A DNA stretch of 63,673 nucleotides, counting the filler, from Octopus bimaculoides (Eukaryota): NCBI RefSeq assembly GCF_001194135.2. It is 7 parts of 6 records of this genome, joined end to end, with 100 filler letters (N's around TTAATTAATTAA, not from the genome) between each part and the next. Parts side by side here need not be neighbours in the genome. Positions count along the whole stretch, not along the records: positions 55,813 to 63,673 come from NC_068999.1; 6 more parts are not named here. One strand, 5' to 3'. Below the pieces are notes generated by a model, which worked only from the letters and a program-made list of their open reading frames with translations, ran no database searches and was not told the DNA's origin. Shown here piece after piece: positions 62,587-63,673 of the stretch. The position numbers were made by a program, and so were the translations under genes. Within the stretch, counting starts at the first letter, position 1; each line of letters begins with the position of its first letter.

Positions 62587-62693
62587 ATTCCGCGGTACAC
62601 GTGTTTCAAGCTTTATACACAAACAGTCATTGCATCATTATATGGGTATATAATTGATAGACAGGATGGTATAAAGCTATCTTCAGCCACAAA
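62587..62693 (-). ncRNA. Type I hammerhead ribozyme candidate, palindromic stem III, 50-nt loop II
   Basis: Minus strand: TTTGTGG, CTGAAGA (62686-80), T, AGCTTTATAC/GTATAAAGCT 10-bp stem, T, GAAA (62607-04), palindrome ACACGTGT, GTA, CCGCGGA. Pair 10.1/11.1 is U-U rather than G-C. Confidence 0.65.
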
Positions 62694-63673
62694 TATATTA
62701 TTTCCCAAGATTATATCACAAAGAAGAAATCACCAAGAAAAAAGAAAAAGAGAGGGAAACAGGAGAGAGAAAAAGGGGAAGTCCATTTGGTATAATCCAT
62801 TGTAATATCCATTGTAAGATGTTTATCCTTTAAGTTGATACATATATATATTTCTATATATATGTATGTATATATATATATATATATATATACATACATA
62901 ATATAAATAAAATATACATATAGGCATATATACATTCATATATGTACATACTGACATATATATGTATATATATATATATGCATATATGGGTACAAAACGT
63001 AAACTGCAGGAAATACGAAAACATGAAATCCGAAATACAAAAAACAATATGAAATATGAAGACAACCTTTTTTTTTGCGAACAATGAGGGGAAACAAATG
63101 GTAAACAAGGCAAGTAACATAAAGAACGACCCTTCATCAGTTATTTGCTGTTTATCTACTCCACATTTTCAGCAATATGTGCCTTTAAGAAAACAGCTGC
63201 TTCTTCAATCCAAATAAAATTGGGGATTTTGCAGAGGGTCAAAGTTGGTAACAAAAACAGGACAGTGAAATAAATAGTGAGGACTGCTAAGCCAGATGGA
63301 GTAAGGTGGCGAATACTGAGGAACATTCTTTGACAGGTGAAAAGATAGGAGAGGAGTCAGACAAGAGTACGTCTGGTCTGTGCAACAAACCGGAAGAAAA
63401 GAAAGATGAACACGTGTGGAAAAAAAAGATGGACAATGGTCACATGAGAGCAACAAGAGAGTAAAGGAAGAAGAGGGAGAGAGAGAGGGACAGATAGAAA
63501 ACGGTGAAGGGGAGAAAAAAAGAATTGGAGAAAGGAAGAGAGAAAAACAAAAGGGGAGAGAGAGAACGGTACAGAAGAGAGTCGCATCAAAATTATTAAG
63601 ATAAACTTACATGGAAATGGATGCATGGCGTTCAATCATATAATAATATAAATAATATATATATATATATATA

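Noticed and set aside
62773-62805. KGKSIWYNPL as a PLE linker motif next to the hammerhead
   Set aside because: Too short, followed by a stop, and on the opposite strand; suggestive only.
63134-63140. CTGATGA (minus) as another hammerhead
   Set aside because: No GAAA with a closing stem II or palindromic stem III is in register.

Overview
AT-rich, microsatellite-dense animal DNA from a gapped short-read assembly. The repeat families and gap style look like an octopus (coleoid cephalopod); that identification is inference from recall and was not database-checked. I cannot support any intact host protein-coding gene, rRNA gene, intact tRNA gene or CRISPR array, and most entries in the ORF track are microsatellite or N-run artefacts. 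The window is intergenic or intronic and packed with retroelements and DNA transposons: a full-length Gypsy LTR element nested in the RT of a related Gypsy plus a third Gypsy remnant; a pile-up of restriction-like-endonuclease (R4/Dong-type) LINEs in (TAA)n arrays; CR1/L2-like and RTE remnants; several tRNA-derived SINE families; mariner, pogo-like, hAT-like and Helentron-like elements; and three Penelope-like (PLE) GIY-YIG remnants. The most interesting signal is a set of PLE-type type I hammerhead ribozyme motifs with palindromic stem III. One has a fully canonical core (40083-40213, +) and one is near-canonical (62587-62693, -); both carry unusually large structured stem II loops (84 and 50 nt). 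There is also a divergent inverted pair whose two arms complement each other's defects (60522-60693), a fold-back of two half motifs (2814-3058) and several decayed copies. All folds were done by eye and no activity is demonstrated. Six 100-bp 44N-TTAATTAATTAA-44N blocks are scaffold joins, so adjacency across them is not evidence.
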